Positions 29,436 through 38,642 of a stretch of 42,325 nucleotides of DNA are shown here, one piece after another. This DNA is from an uncultured Sulfurovum sp. GTDB lineage: Bacteria; Campylobacterota; Campylobacteria; Campylobacterales; Sulfurovaceae. The stretch covers positions 1 through 42,325 of the forward strand of contig CAYVNI010000286.1 in NCBI GenBank assembly GCA_964452815.1, in the 5' to 3' direction. The translations under genes were made by a program, and so were the position numbers. The notes beneath the pieces were generated by a model, which worked only from the letters and a program-made list of their open reading frames with translations, ran no database searches and was not told the DNA's origin. The first letter of the stretch is position 1; the number at the start of each line of letters is the position of its first letter.

Positions 29436-30671
29436 CTACTCGTTTCTAAGCACGGTCAATGGGTCGGTGGAGGATGCTTTTCTTGCAGGGTAGATTGATG
29501 ATGTCAAAACAATAACAAATGTACCAATAATAATTGAGATAAAATCCGTTAGGGTCAGGTTGATGGGAAGTTTTGAGAATCCATAGACATCTTCTGCCAA
29601 TGAGATAATAGGAAATGTAGTTAATACCCACATTCCGATAAACCCAAGAAGAGTACCTGCTATAATTCCTGAAATTCCAACAATTGTTCCTAGTTTAAAA
29701 AATATTTCTTTTATTTCTCTGCTTGTTGCACCCAATGTTCGCATTAGGGCAATCTCGGAGCGTCTGCTCATGACAGTCATAAGCAGAGAGGAGATGATAT
29801 TGAGTGATGCAACCAAGATAATAAGAAGTAGGACTAAAAATAGAGCCTCTTTCTCCATCTCCATCGCGGCAAAAAAGCTTGTATTTTGTTCCCACCATCC
29901 CTCAACAATGAGACCTTTTTTTAAGCCATTTTTTTTAAGAAAAGCTTCAATACGCTCCTTGTCATTTTTTTCATCTTTTGAATAGATATGGATACCGTCA
30001 TAGAGACCTACTTTACGTTTTAAAACTTTTTGAAATGCTTGATGGGTGGTGTAGATAATCGCTTTGTCATAAGAGTTTAGTCCTGAATTAAAGGTACTAT
30101 CAATGGTAAAACGTTTCTGCAAGGGCATACTCCCAAAACCTATCGCTTGTTGTTCTGAAAAATAGAGGGTGAGTTTTTGATTTTTCTCTACACCCATCTC
30201 TTCTGCTAGGATAGAGCCTGTGATAATTTTATATCTGCTTTGAATATGCTGTGAGGTCTCTAATGCTTTTGCAAAAACGCTGTTAATCATCGCCTCTTTT
30301 TGAAAGTCAATACCATAGAGGATAGAACCATTGACATTTGAGCCACTTTTACTGATAACTTGTGTGGTGTAGTAGGGGCTTAGTTCAATCTCTGGAAACT
30401 CCTCTCTTAGTTTATCCACAAGATTTTGATTGGTGGCATTGTATATGATGGGGGTAATAGTAAGTGGATAGTTCATCACAAAAAGACGTTTTTTAAACTC
30501 CTCTTGTGTTCCGTGCATAATCCCCATCGCCAACATCAGCACCATCACTCCTGCAGCAATGCCTAAAAAAGCCAAGAGAGAGGAGATAAAGATAAAAGGA
30601 TTATCTTTATCATATTTAAGATAATGTCTGATTATCTTATTGACAAAGGCTCTGTTGCTAGGAGTTGCCAT
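29436..30671 (-). CDS. Lipoprotein-release ABC transporter permease (LolC/E-like, LolF type)
   Basis: LAFLGIAAGVMVL, MEK..LFLVLLLIILVASLNIISSL..TV..RR.EIA..RTLGA, YPARKA...P...LR.E; ATG 30671 overlaps the secA stop (TAATG). Confidence 0.88.
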   Translation of the reverse strand: MATPSNRAFVNKIIRHYLKYDKDNPFIFISSLLAFLGIAAGVMVLMLAMGIMHGTQEEFKKRLFVMNYPLTITPIIYNATNQNLVDKLREEFPEIELSPYYTTQVISKSGSNVNGSILYGIDFQKEAMINSVFAKALETSQHIQSRYKIITGSILAEEMGVEKNQKLTLYFSEQQAIGFGSMPLQKRFTIDSTFNSGLNSYDKAIIYTTHQAFQKVLKRKVGLYDGIHIYSKDEKNDKERIEAFLKKNGLKKGLIVEGWWEQNTSFFAAMEMEKEALFLVLLLIILVASLNIISSLLMTVMSRRSEIALMRTLGATSREIKEIFFKLGTIVGISGIIAGTLLGFIGMWVLTTFPIISLAEDVYGFSKLPINLTLTDFISIIIGTFVIVLTSSIYPARKASSTDPLTVLRNE

Positions 30672-33307
30672 TATGCTAAAGTTCCCTTTTTGGGACCACT
30701 TCTTCCACAACACTCTTTATATTTTTTTCCTGAGCCACAAGGACATGGTTCATTTCTTTTTGGTTTTTTTTCACTTCTAATAGGTGTTCTGGCAGGGGTT
30801 TCTCCCTCTTCAAAATCAGCCTCTACCATCTCATCTTCATTGGTGGTTGCATCTGCTAGTTCACGCTCTAGCTCGTCACGAATAGCATCCATGCGTCTCT
30901 GCTCCTCCTCTGGATCTTGGAAGTTAAACTGTACCATCTGTAGAACTTCAATTGCTTCATGTTTAATATTTTCAATCAGTTGCATAAAGAGGTTATATGA
31001 ATCTTTTTTATACTCGGTGAGAGGGTCTTTTTGGTTGTATCCTCTTAGTCCAATACCAGTTTTAAGTACATCCATTTCATAGAGGTGGTCACGCCATTTT
31101 GGGTCAAGAACTTGGAGGTAGAGTACGCGTTGTACTTCGCTTCTCTGCTCTTCGTTTAGTGGCTCCATTTTTGCTTCATAGCTTTGTGTGATAATATCCA
31201 AGAGCATCTCTTTAATGTCGCTATAATCTTTTCCTTCAAAGAGGTTAACCTCAGCATTAATAGCCATCTTTTCACCCAAAAGGTTTGAGAGTTTTTCAAG
31301 GTCAAAGTCCTCATTTGTAGCACCATCATACATTTCACACTCATTCATAAGGTAGTCAACATACTCAACTCTGTTCTCTTTAATCTTTGAGTCAATATCA
31401 TACTCAGCATCCAAAAGCTGATTTCTAAATCTATAGATTGCTTTTCTTTGCTGAGAGGCGATGTCATCATACTCTAAAATATGTTTACGTGACTCATAAT
31501 GCATATTTTCTACTTTGGTTTGAGCCTTTTCAACCGAACGTGTTACGATTTTAGAGTCGATATATTCACCCTCTTCAACACCCAATTTATTCATAATAGT
31601 ACGGATTTTTTCACCACCAAAAATTCTCAAGAGGTTGTCATCTAAACTTAAGTAAAATTGAGAAGCTCCTGCATCCCCTTGACGACCTGAACGCCCACGC
31701 AATTGGTTGTCAATTCGTCTACTCTCATGTCGTTCTGTTCCTAAAATATAGAGACCACCAAGCCCTTTAATCTCATCATTTATCTTGATGTCAACCCCAC
31801 GTCCTGCCATGTTGGTAGCAACAGTAACAGCCCCTTTTTTACCAGCTTCCATAATAATTTGTGCCTCATGTTCATGGTTTTTTGCATTGAGGATATTGTG
31901 TGGTATTTTTGCTTTTTTAAGTCGCTCATGAACCAGTTCAGACTTCTCAATAGAAGCCGTACCGATAAGCACAGGTTGTCCCTTTTCATGAAGCTCTTTT
32001 ACCTTTCGTGCAACAGCATCAAGCTTCTCTCTCTCTGTGTTGTAGATAAGGTCATTCTTATCATCTCTAGCGATTGGTAGGTTGGTAGGGATTGAGATAA
32101 CATCTAAGTTATAAATCTCAGAGAACTCTGTTGCCTCTGTTTGAGCCGTACCTGTCATACCTGCGAGTTTTTCATAACCACGGAAGTAGTTTTGGTAGGT
32201 GATTTCTGCGAGTGTTTGTGACTCATCTTTGATATCAACACCCTCTTTTGCTTCGAGTGCTTGGTGTAACCCCTCACTAAATCTTCGACCCTCAGAGAGA
32301 CGACCTGTGAACTCATCAACAATAATAATCTCACCATTTTGAGAGACATAATCAACATCTCTTACAAAAATATATTGGGCTTTCATCGCTTGGTCAAGGT
32401 GGTGGGCAAGAGTAGCATTTTCTAAACTATAAAGATTTTCTACCTCAAAAAGGTCTTGTGCTTTTTGTAGACCATCTTCGGTCATAAGTACCTGTTTATT
32501 TTTTTCATCCACATAGAAATCCCCTGTGGTCTCCTCGGGTTCACCTGGTTTGGTTTCTTTTTTCTCCCCTTTTATCATCTTTAGGGCAATCTCATTGGCT
32601 TTGTCATAATGCACCACATCTCTTTGCACAGGACCTGAAATAATCAGTGGCGTTCTCGCCTCATCAATTAAGATAGAGTCAACTTCATCAATAATCGCGT
32701 AGTGATGACCACGTTGTACCTTCTCTTCGGCTCGGCTTTTCATGTTGTCACGAAGGTAGTCAAATCCATACTCATTGTTTGTCCCATATGTAACATCGGC
32801 ATTGTACTGCTCTTTTTTACCCATATCATCTTGAATCTCAGCTGTTAGACATCCCACTGAGTATCCCAAGAAGTTATATAAAACACCCATCTCAACAGAG
32901 TCTCTTGAGGCAAGATAGTCATTAACGGTGACAATATGTACCCCTTTACCCAACATGGCATTGAGTGCAACTGCTAGTGTAGCAACAAGAGTTTTCCCCT
33001 CACCTGTTTTCATCTCTGCAATAGAGTTTTCATGTAAAACAATTCCACCGACAAGTTGCACATCATGATGACGCAGACCAAGTGTTCGCTTACTCGCTTC
33101 TCTTGTAATTGCAAACGACTCTTCTAGTACATCATCAAGCATTTTTTCATTGGCTTGTACGGAAGTTTTTAATTGATTAAATTCGGATTGGAGTTCTTCA
33201 TCTGAGAGTTTCTCATATTTATCTTCTAACTTACTAATTTTGTGTGCTCTTTTCAAATAACCTTTTACAATTCTGTCATTTTTAGAACCAAATATCATTT
33301 TTAACAT
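30671..33307 (-). CDS. secA: Preprotein translocase subunit SecA
   Basis: [75 protein letters not shown]. Confidence 0.99.
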   Translation of the reverse strand: MLKMIFGSKNDRIVKGYLKRAHKISKLEDKYEKLSDEELQSEFNQLKTSVQANEKMLDDVLEESFAITREASKRTLGLRHHDVQLVGGIVLHENSIAEMKTGEGKTLVATLAVALNAMLGKGVHIVTVNDYLASRDSVEMGVLYNFLGYSVGCLTAEIQDDMGKKEQYNADVTYGTNNEYGFDYLRDNMKSRAEEKVQRGHHYAIIDEVDSILIDEARTPLIISGPVQRDVVHYDKANEIALKMIKGEKKETKPGEPEETTGDFYVDEKNKQVLMTEDGLQKAQDLFEVENLYSLENATLAHHLDQAMKAQYIFVRDVDYVSQNGEIIIVDEFTGRLSEGRRFSEGLHQALEAKEGVDIKDESQTLAEITYQNYFRGYEKLAGMTGTAQTEATEFSEIYNLDVISIPTNLPIARDDKNDLIYNTEREKLDAVARKVKELHEKGQPVLIGTASIEKSELVHERLKKAKIPHNILNAKNHEHEAQIIMEAGKKGAVTVATNMAGRGVDIKINDEIKGLGGLYILGTERHESRRIDNQLRGRSGRQGDAGASQFYLSLDDNLLRIFGGEKIRTIMNKLGVEEGEYIDSKIVTRSVEKAQTKVENMHYESRKHILEYDDIASQQRKAIYRFRNQLLDAEYDIDSKIKENRVEYVDYLMNECEMYDGATNEDFDLEKLSNLLGEKMAINAEVNLFEGKDYSDIKEMLLDIITQSYEAKMEPLNEEQRSEVQRVLYLQVLDPKWRDHLYEMDVLKTGIGLRGYNQKDPLTEYKKDSYNLFMQLIENIKHEAIEVLQMVQFNFQDPEEEQRRMDAIRDELERELADATTNEDEMVEADFEEGETPARTPIRSEKKPKRNEPCPCGSGKKYKECCGRSGPKKGTLA

Positions 33308-33514
33308 TATTATTATAACCTAGTATTAAAATTGTGATGATTTTATCTAAATTATGATTAGTGAGCTATTAAAAATTATTAAGATATCTCATATCAGCAG
33401 ATTAAGTTATAAATTAAATCTTAAAAATGTTAATAAAAATTAAAATAAAAAATTAAAATAAAATTTAATATAATAAAAAGTATAGTTTGAAAGGGATAAG
33501 GAGTGATGGTTTAG

Positions 33515-33538
33515 AAGGCAACCATAAGAGATTGCCCT
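33515..33538 (-). other. Hairpin directly after the Lys-rich gene
   Basis: Minus strand AGGGCAATC-TCTTAT-GGTTGCCTT 9-bp stem after four tandem TAA codons; no U-tract. Confidence 0.45.
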
Positions 33539-33546
33539 TATTATTA

Positions 33547-33899
33547 TTATTTAGATTTTTTATCTTTGGATTTGCTACTTTTCTTGTCTTTTTTCTCAGA
33601 TTTTTTCTCAGATTTTTTCTTCTTGTCTTTCTTTTTGTCTTTCTTTTTGGTCTTCTCTTTTTTCTCTGACTCTTTGGTTTTTTTCTTCTCTTTCTTTTTT
33701 GCCTTTTTCTTTGATTTTTTCTTTGATTTTTTCTTCTCCTCTTTGGCTTTTTTTTCAGCTTTTTCCTTCTCTTTTTTAGCTTTTTTCTTTGCCTTCTTTT
33801 CAGCTTGTTTTATCTCTTCTTGAGTTAACTCTTCTTTTTTTGTTGACTCTTTTTTTACTAACTCTTTTTTACTAACTCTTTTTTTGTATCTTTTGTCAT
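33547..33899 (-). CDS. Lysine-rich low-complexity protein (~117 aa) with a one-base frameshift near codon 12 (recoded gene, pseudogene or sequence error)
   Basis: AAGGA RBS and ATG 33899 lie just after the ppk2 stop. MTKDTKKELVKKS* stops at 33860-33858, but the -1 frame continues KELVKKESTKKEELTQEEIKQAEKKAKKKAKKEKEKAEKKAKEEKKKSKKKSKKKAKKKEKKKTKESEKKEKTKKKDKKKDKKKKSEKKSEKKDKKSSKSKDKKSK to TAA TAA TAA TAA. Confidence 0.75.
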
Positions 33900-33910
33900 T
33901 TTTAATCCTT

Positions 33911-34786
33911 TTATTTAGTGGGTTGAAATTTAAACATTTTCTCCATAGCTATGGCTTCATCTCGACCATATACTACAACCTCTTTGTCTACTGCTATCTT
34001 GTTTTTGCTAAGCTTGTTCGGGTACTCGACAAAATTTAAAATGTGTTTGATGCAGTTAATTCGTGCTTTTCTCTTATTATCACTTTTGATAATGGTCCAC
34101 GGGGCATCCTCTGTGTGTGTGGCAGAGAGCATCATATATTTTGCCAGTGAATACTCATCCCAAAGCTTTTGTGATTCTTTATCAACAGGGGAGAGCTTGT
34201 ACTGTTTTAGGGGGTCATTCTCTCTTGATTTAAATCGTTTCTCTTGTTCATCTTTTGAGACTGAAAAATAAAATTTAAAGAGTTGTATCTCCTCATCCAC
34301 TATCATTTTCTCAAATGCAGGAGCATCTTTTAGGAACTTGTGATGCTGTCTCTCGGTACAAAATCCCATCACAGGCTCGACCATAGAACGGTTGTACCAG
34401 CTTCTATCAAATAGCACTATCTCACCTGCTGCGGGTAGATGTTTGGCGTATCGTTGAAAATACCACTGTGAAGTTTCTCTGTCACTTGGTTTTTCAAGAG
34501 CAACTACTCTTGCCCCTCTTGGATTTAGGTGTTCGGTGATTCTTTTAATCGTCCCCCCTTTACCTGCAGCATCTCTTCCCTCAAAAATCATCAGAATTTT
34601 TAGACCCTTATCTTTGACATGGTTTTGAAATTTCAAAAGCTCTACTTGAAGGCTTCTAAGCTCTTTTTCATACTCTATCTTCTCTTTTTTGACCCATATT
34701 TGAATTTTTTCATCACCCTTTTTTGTCTCTTTTTTACTCTTGTCTATTTTTTTAGTTTTGTCTATTTTTTTACTCTCTTTAGCCAT
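33911..34786 (-). CDS. ppk2: Polyphosphate kinase 2 (class I), downstream copy
   Basis: FEGRDAAGKGG (Walker A), LNPRG, QWYFQRY, FDRSWYNR (Walker B), PLKQYKLSP.D, APW; Lys-rich N-terminus. Confidence 0.95.
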   Translation of the reverse strand: MAKESKKIDKTKKIDKSKKETKKGDEKIQIWVKKEKIEYEKELRSLQVELLKFQNHVKDKGLKILMIFEGRDAAGKGGTIKRITEHLNPRGARVVALEKPSDRETSQWYFQRYAKHLPAAGEIVLFDRSWYNRSMVEPVMGFCTERQHHKFLKDAPAFEKMIVDEEIQLFKFYFSVSKDEQEKRFKSRENDPLKQYKLSPVDKESQKLWDEYSLAKYMMLSATHTEDAPWTIIKSDNKRKARINCIKHILNFVEYPNKLSKNKIAVDKEVVVYGRDEAIAMEKMFKFQPTK

Positions 34787-34794
34787 CTATCCTC

Positions 34795-35691
34795 CTAGCC
34801 TATAAATTTACCATTTTTGGTTCTTTGTGCTTCCATGTTCTCTAACTCTCTAGCTCCCGATATCACAATCTCTTGATTTAGAGCGTAGTTGATATCTTTA
34901 CCTCTATTTTCATAATCAACAGAATTTAAAATAACTTTTAGTACCTCTAGTCGTGCTAGATGTTTGTCGTTGGAACGAATGACTGTCCATGGAGCTGTAT
35001 GTGAGTGGGTCTGTTTTAACATCTTATATTTGGTATTGGTAAAATCATCCCATCTCTCTTGGGCTTGAACATCTATTTCGCTTAGTTTCCATTGTCGTAA
35101 GGGATCTGTTTTTCTTCGCTCAAATCGTGCTGCTTGTTCATCTTTAGTGACCGAAAAATAGAGTTTAATCAAAATTGTGCCTTGGCGAACAAGGTCTTTT
35201 TCAAACCCTTTTACACCTTTCATAAAGTTCTCATACTTCTCTTTGCTACAGAAATCAAAGACTGACTCCACCATCGCACGATTGTACCAACTTCTATCAA
35301 ATAAAACTATCTCTCCTGCTGAGGGAAAGTGCTGTATATATTTCTGATAGAACCACTGTGTTCGTTGCTCTTCTGTGGGTTTGCCCAGTGCTACTATTCG
35401 ATAGCGTTTTTCGTTCATATATCGAGTAACACGGCGAATGGTTCCTCCTTTTCCTGCGGCATCACGACCTTCAAAAAGTATTATTATTTTTTTGTTATGC
35501 TCCTCAAGATGCTGTTGAAGTTTAATCAGTTCGGCTTGATAGGGTTTTAACTGTTGTTCATTTTTTCTTTTGCTAAGAGCTTTTTTCTCAACTTTTTTTG
35601 CTTGTTTTGATTTCTTATATATCTCAATTAGCTTATTTAATGCTATTTTTTTACCATCTATATCAATTAGTTCTTGTTCATCTACCACCAT
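34795..35691 (-). CDS. ppk2: Polyphosphate kinase 2 (class I), upstream copy
   Basis: FEGRDAAGKGGTIRR, QWFYQKY, FDRSWYNR, DPLRQWKLS..D, APW. Confidence 0.95.
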   Translation of the reverse strand: MVVDEQELIDIDGKKIALNKLIEIYKKSKQAKKVEKKALSKRKNEQQLKPYQAELIKLQQHLEEHNKKIIILFEGRDAAGKGGTIRRVTRYMNEKRYRIVALGKPTEEQRTQWFYQKYIQHFPSAGEIVLFDRSWYNRAMVESVFDFCSKEKYENFMKGVKGFEKDLVRQGTILIKLYFSVTKDEQAARFERRKTDPLRQWKLSEIDVQAQERWDDFTNTKYKMLKQTHSHTAPWTVIRSNDKHLARLEVLKVILNSVDYENRGKDINYALNQEIVISGARELENMEAQRTKNGKFIG

Positions 35692-35730
35692 ATTCTCTCC
35701 TTCTTCAAAATATCATCTGTTCTTTTCTAT

Positions 35731-35774
35731 TGGGTAGTTAAAAACTGATTTGTGGGTAGTTAAAAACTGATTTG
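35731..35774. repeat. Perfect 22-bp tandem duplication upstream of the ppk2 operon
   Basis: TGGGTAGTTAAAAACTGATTTG x2 (35731-35752, 35753-35774). Confidence 0.95.
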
Positions 35775-35853
35775 TTATGTTATCTAAAAGAAATGTAAGG
35801 AGAAGGGAATCTGTCATACTAATTCCCAAAATCTTAGCTAGTTCTTGAAGTAA

Positions 35854-37134
35854 CTACTCTTCCAACGCAATAGGATGAACTATCGTGCCATTGTATTCAA
35901 AATATAAATCATTATCCTCAAAATTGAGATGAGACTTTGTTTTGATAAAGAGCATCTCATTTCCTTTTAGTTCAGTGTTGTTTATATTTCCATTATGGCT
36001 TTTTATCCATACAGGAAATTTACTGGTATTTAATGCCCAAAAATCGGTATAGTCTATCTGATTACTTAAATGCTCTTTTACTCCATAGTCTCGATTACTT
36101 GCAATCCCTTTAAGTAAAAAAATATCATGATAAAAATCATTAATACAATGCTCTTCGAGAAGTTCACCTTTTCCATTTCGCGAGACATAAGCAATGATAT
36201 CTATATTATCTCTGGTCTCTTCGTTTATTCTTGTATAGAGTATCTTTTTATCTTCAATATCTTCCATCCCTTGAAAGCTATAGTAGGCATTGATATGCCC
36301 TTTGAGTATCATATTTTGAAAGTTGTCAAAATAGAGATGCTCCTCTCGTATTTTTTTATGTTTGATTATACTTGAAATCTTATTTCCGAAGCTTTGGGAA
36401 CCTTTGGAGATAGTACTATCAAGAATTGGTTCAATATGCTTATCATTTAAAAGACCAATATGGGTTAGTATATTATTGAGTTTATCTCCTATATAATTGA
36501 AAAAACGGCTGATTATATTGTTTGGACCCAAAAGTTTCTCTAGTAAACTTAATAGATAACTTAGAGCAAAAACTTCAAAAATAGGGGCTAACCATGAACT
36601 TGATAACCACATGATAATGCTAGGAATAATACCAAATACCTTTGCTAAAATAACCCATAGTGTTTTAAAGAATCCAATGACTAAGACCTTTAGCTCTACA
36701 AACAGAGCGATATGGGTTAACATATCAGTTAGATACATGAGCCAAACGGCAAGGGAGAGAGGTAAGAAAACGATAATAAAATTTTTGATTTTGGCTTTAA
36801 AGCTGACATTTTTGTAGTAGGAAAAAAGTTCTGAAAATGGTTTTTTAAGATGTCTGAATATATATTTCTGTAGCCACTCTGAGACAAGGTTATCAATAAA
36901 CCAACGTTTAATCCCCAAAAGAAGTGCTTGAACAATAGTGAGACTTTTGATAAAAGCGATGATTTTAAGTTTACTGATTAACCAAACGGAGAGGAGTGAG
37001 GATTTAAAGATAAGTACAACTGCCGCCATGTATCCCATAAGTATATTATAGGATACAGGGTGAAAATGATTAAGTAGGGTTACTATAATAATTGGTATTA
37101 TAATAGCAAGTAGGGCTTTATATCGTCTTTTCAT
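35854..37134 (-). CDS. Hypothetical membrane protein (N-terminal TM helices, C-terminal soluble domain)
   Basis: 426-aa ORF, with several hydrophobic segments in the first ~200 aa; no family recognised. Confidence 0.7.
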   Translation of the reverse strand: MKRRYKALLAIIIPIIIVTLLNHFHPVSYNILMGYMAAVVLIFKSSLLSVWLISKLKIIAFIKSLTIVQALLLGIKRWFIDNLVSEWLQKYIFRHLKKPFSELFSYYKNVSFKAKIKNFIIVFLPLSLAVWLMYLTDMLTHIALFVELKVLVIGFFKTLWVILAKVFGIIPSIIMWLSSSWLAPIFEVFALSYLLSLLEKLLGPNNIISRFFNYIGDKLNNILTHIGLLNDKHIEPILDSTISKGSQSFGNKISSIIKHKKIREEHLYFDNFQNMILKGHINAYYSFQGMEDIEDKKILYTRINEETRDNIDIIAYVSRNGKGELLEEHCINDFYHDIFLLKGIASNRDYGVKEHLSNQIDYTDFWALNTSKFPVWIKSHNGNINNTELKGNEMLFIKTKSHLNFEDNDLYFEYNGTIVHPIALEE

Positions 37135-37159
37135 ATTTTGATTTATTTAGTGCTAATTA

Positions 37160-37621
37160 CTACTCATCTTCAGAGGTACTCTCTGTGGCATAGACTCCTG
37201 TAAGAGTTTTCCAAATAATAGAGGCGTTTAGACCTATCCATATAATCACTGCAATACTTACCGTCCCTGCTATACCCATTTGGTCAAAATTTGTAAAATC
37301 AAGTAGTCCGTACTGTTGAAGTCCCCATAAAAAAGCACCTATCATAATAATAACAAAAATGGTTCCTGTCATACCAAGACTTTGAAAGACCGATTTTATT
37401 GCAAGAACCCATGCTGCCAACATTAAGATGATTGCAAATGGTGTAAATCCTGAGAAAATATTTTCGGATTCTATAATATAGTGAACAAAGTGGTGACCCC
37501 ATGGATTCCAGGTACCTAAGGCTAAGGCTAATGACATAATAAGTGTGACCCACCAACGAAGATGACTCTCTTTTTTGCCTTTTTTAGTAGTATTTGTTTT
37601 GGTTAAAAAATCTGGTAACAT
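37160..37621 (-). CDS. Small 4-TM membrane protein, DUF6524-like
   Basis: LALGTWNPWGHHFVH resembles the DUF6524 'TyNPtG.s..hW' pattern; four hydrophobic segments; AAGGA RBS. Confidence 0.6.
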   Translation of the reverse strand: MLPDFLTKTNTTKKGKKESHLRWWVTLIMSLALALGTWNPWGHHFVHYIIESENIFSGFTPFAIILMLAAWVLAIKSVFQSLGMTGTIFVIIMIGAFLWGLQQYGLLDFTNFDQMGIAGTVSIAVIIWIGLNASIIWKTLTGVYATESTSEDE

Positions 37622-37685
37622 AGTTTTGTAATTCCTTTATTAATTATTAAAGGAGATTATATCAAAAATGAGTAATAAAAGGTAG

Positions 37686-37708
37686 AAAAAAGAGGGAAAA
37701 ATCCCTCT
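37686..37708 (-). terminator. Intrinsic terminator after the TlpA pair
   Basis: Minus strand AGAGGGA-TTTT-TCCCTCT followed by TTTTT, 7 nt after the stop at 37715. Confidence 0.7.
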
Positions 37709-37714
37709 AAATTT

Positions 37715-38575
37715 TTAAAAAAGTGGATCCATAACTTCTCTTAGTTCTGAATAGGATACTTCTCCACTAAAGCTTCCCTCGGTTTGACCATCTTTGATAA
37801 CCATCGTAAAGGGCAATACACCTGTCCAACTATAAGTATTTTGTATAAAATATTGTAGTTCTGTGGCTCTTGAACCATCTGTAACTGGATAGTTTATTCG
37901 GTATTGACTAATAAACCTCTGTCCTGCACTAGGAGAGAGTATACCTTGTGAGTGTATTGCTATAACCTCAACCCTATTTCCATATCTTTTTTTGATTCTT
38001 TTAAGAGTTGGAATCTCCTTTATACAGTGAGGACAGTTTTTCCCAAACATCTCTAAGATGATAACTTTTCCAGGATGGTTTGGAAATGTAAATCCATTTG
38101 AACGTTCACCGACTTGAATGCTCTGTCCCTGTATTGATTTTAATGAGTGCATATTACCACCTAAACTATCAGGAGAGTATTGTGTGTTTAGTTGACTCTT
38201 GTCAATACTCCCTCTATCACAATTATTGCCATTGATAGAGGAGGAGACCTCATCGGTACACTCTATCTCTTCATATATGGGTGCAGAAGGTGACTCTTGA
38301 ACATATTGAGTTGTTGTTTCAATAGTAACTGGTTGTTGTGTTTGTTGAGTATGTTGTTGAATAGGTGGTTGTGTATATCTAATTGTCTGTTGTACCTGTT
38401 GTATGGGTTCTGTATAGGGAACAGTTTTGGCACCAACACTAACTTGTTGTTGTTGATGTCGTGGTTGGGATATATTCTCTATAGATAACTCTTTTTTTTG
38501 TATACAACTTGTTGTTAAAAGTGCAACACTTAGTAGTGTTATTGCTAAAATAGTACTTCTTTTGTCACTAATCAT
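37715..38575 (-). CDS. TlpA-family thiol-disulfide oxidoreductase lipoprotein with a Gln-rich linker
   Basis: Lipobox LTTS-C; Q/P/T-rich linker; GKVIILEMFGKNCPHCIKEIP thioredoxin fold. Confidence 0.85.
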   Translation of the reverse strand: MISDKRSTILAITLLSVALLTTSCIQKKELSIENISQPRHQQQQVSVGAKTVPYTEPIQQVQQTIRYTQPPIQQHTQQTQQPVTIETTTQYVQESPSAPIYEEIECTDEVSSSINGNNCDRGSIDKSQLNTQYSPDSLGGNMHSLKSIQGQSIQVGERSNGFTFPNHPGKVIILEMFGKNCPHCIKEIPTLKRIKKRYGNRVEVIAIHSQGILSPSAGQRFISQYRINYPVTDGSRATELQYFIQNTYSWTGVLPFTMVIKDGQTEGSFSGEVSYSELREVMDPLF

Positions 38576-38642
38576 TTTAATTTCCCTTACTTAATTGGTA
38601 TGATAAATATATCTATTCTCTTCTCCACCTAAAAAATAGATA

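Noticed and set aside
33420-33480. AAAATTAAAAT repeats upstream of secA
   Set aside because: Low-complexity AT-rich intergenic DNA typical of Campylobacterota promoter regions.
33487-33823. Phe-rich plus-strand ORFs (60 and 85 aa) in the ORF track
   Set aside because: They are antisense shadows of the Lys-rich minus-strand gene (AAA/AAG read as TTT/CTT).
35731-35774. Possible CRISPR array
   Set aside because: Only two abutting copies, no spacer, and no cas genes in the window.
37630-37656. RBS-sequestering hairpin (TCCTTTA/TAAAGGA) before the DUF6524-like gene
   Set aside because: The 5' arm lies between the -10 and the expected TSS, so it is probably not transcribed.
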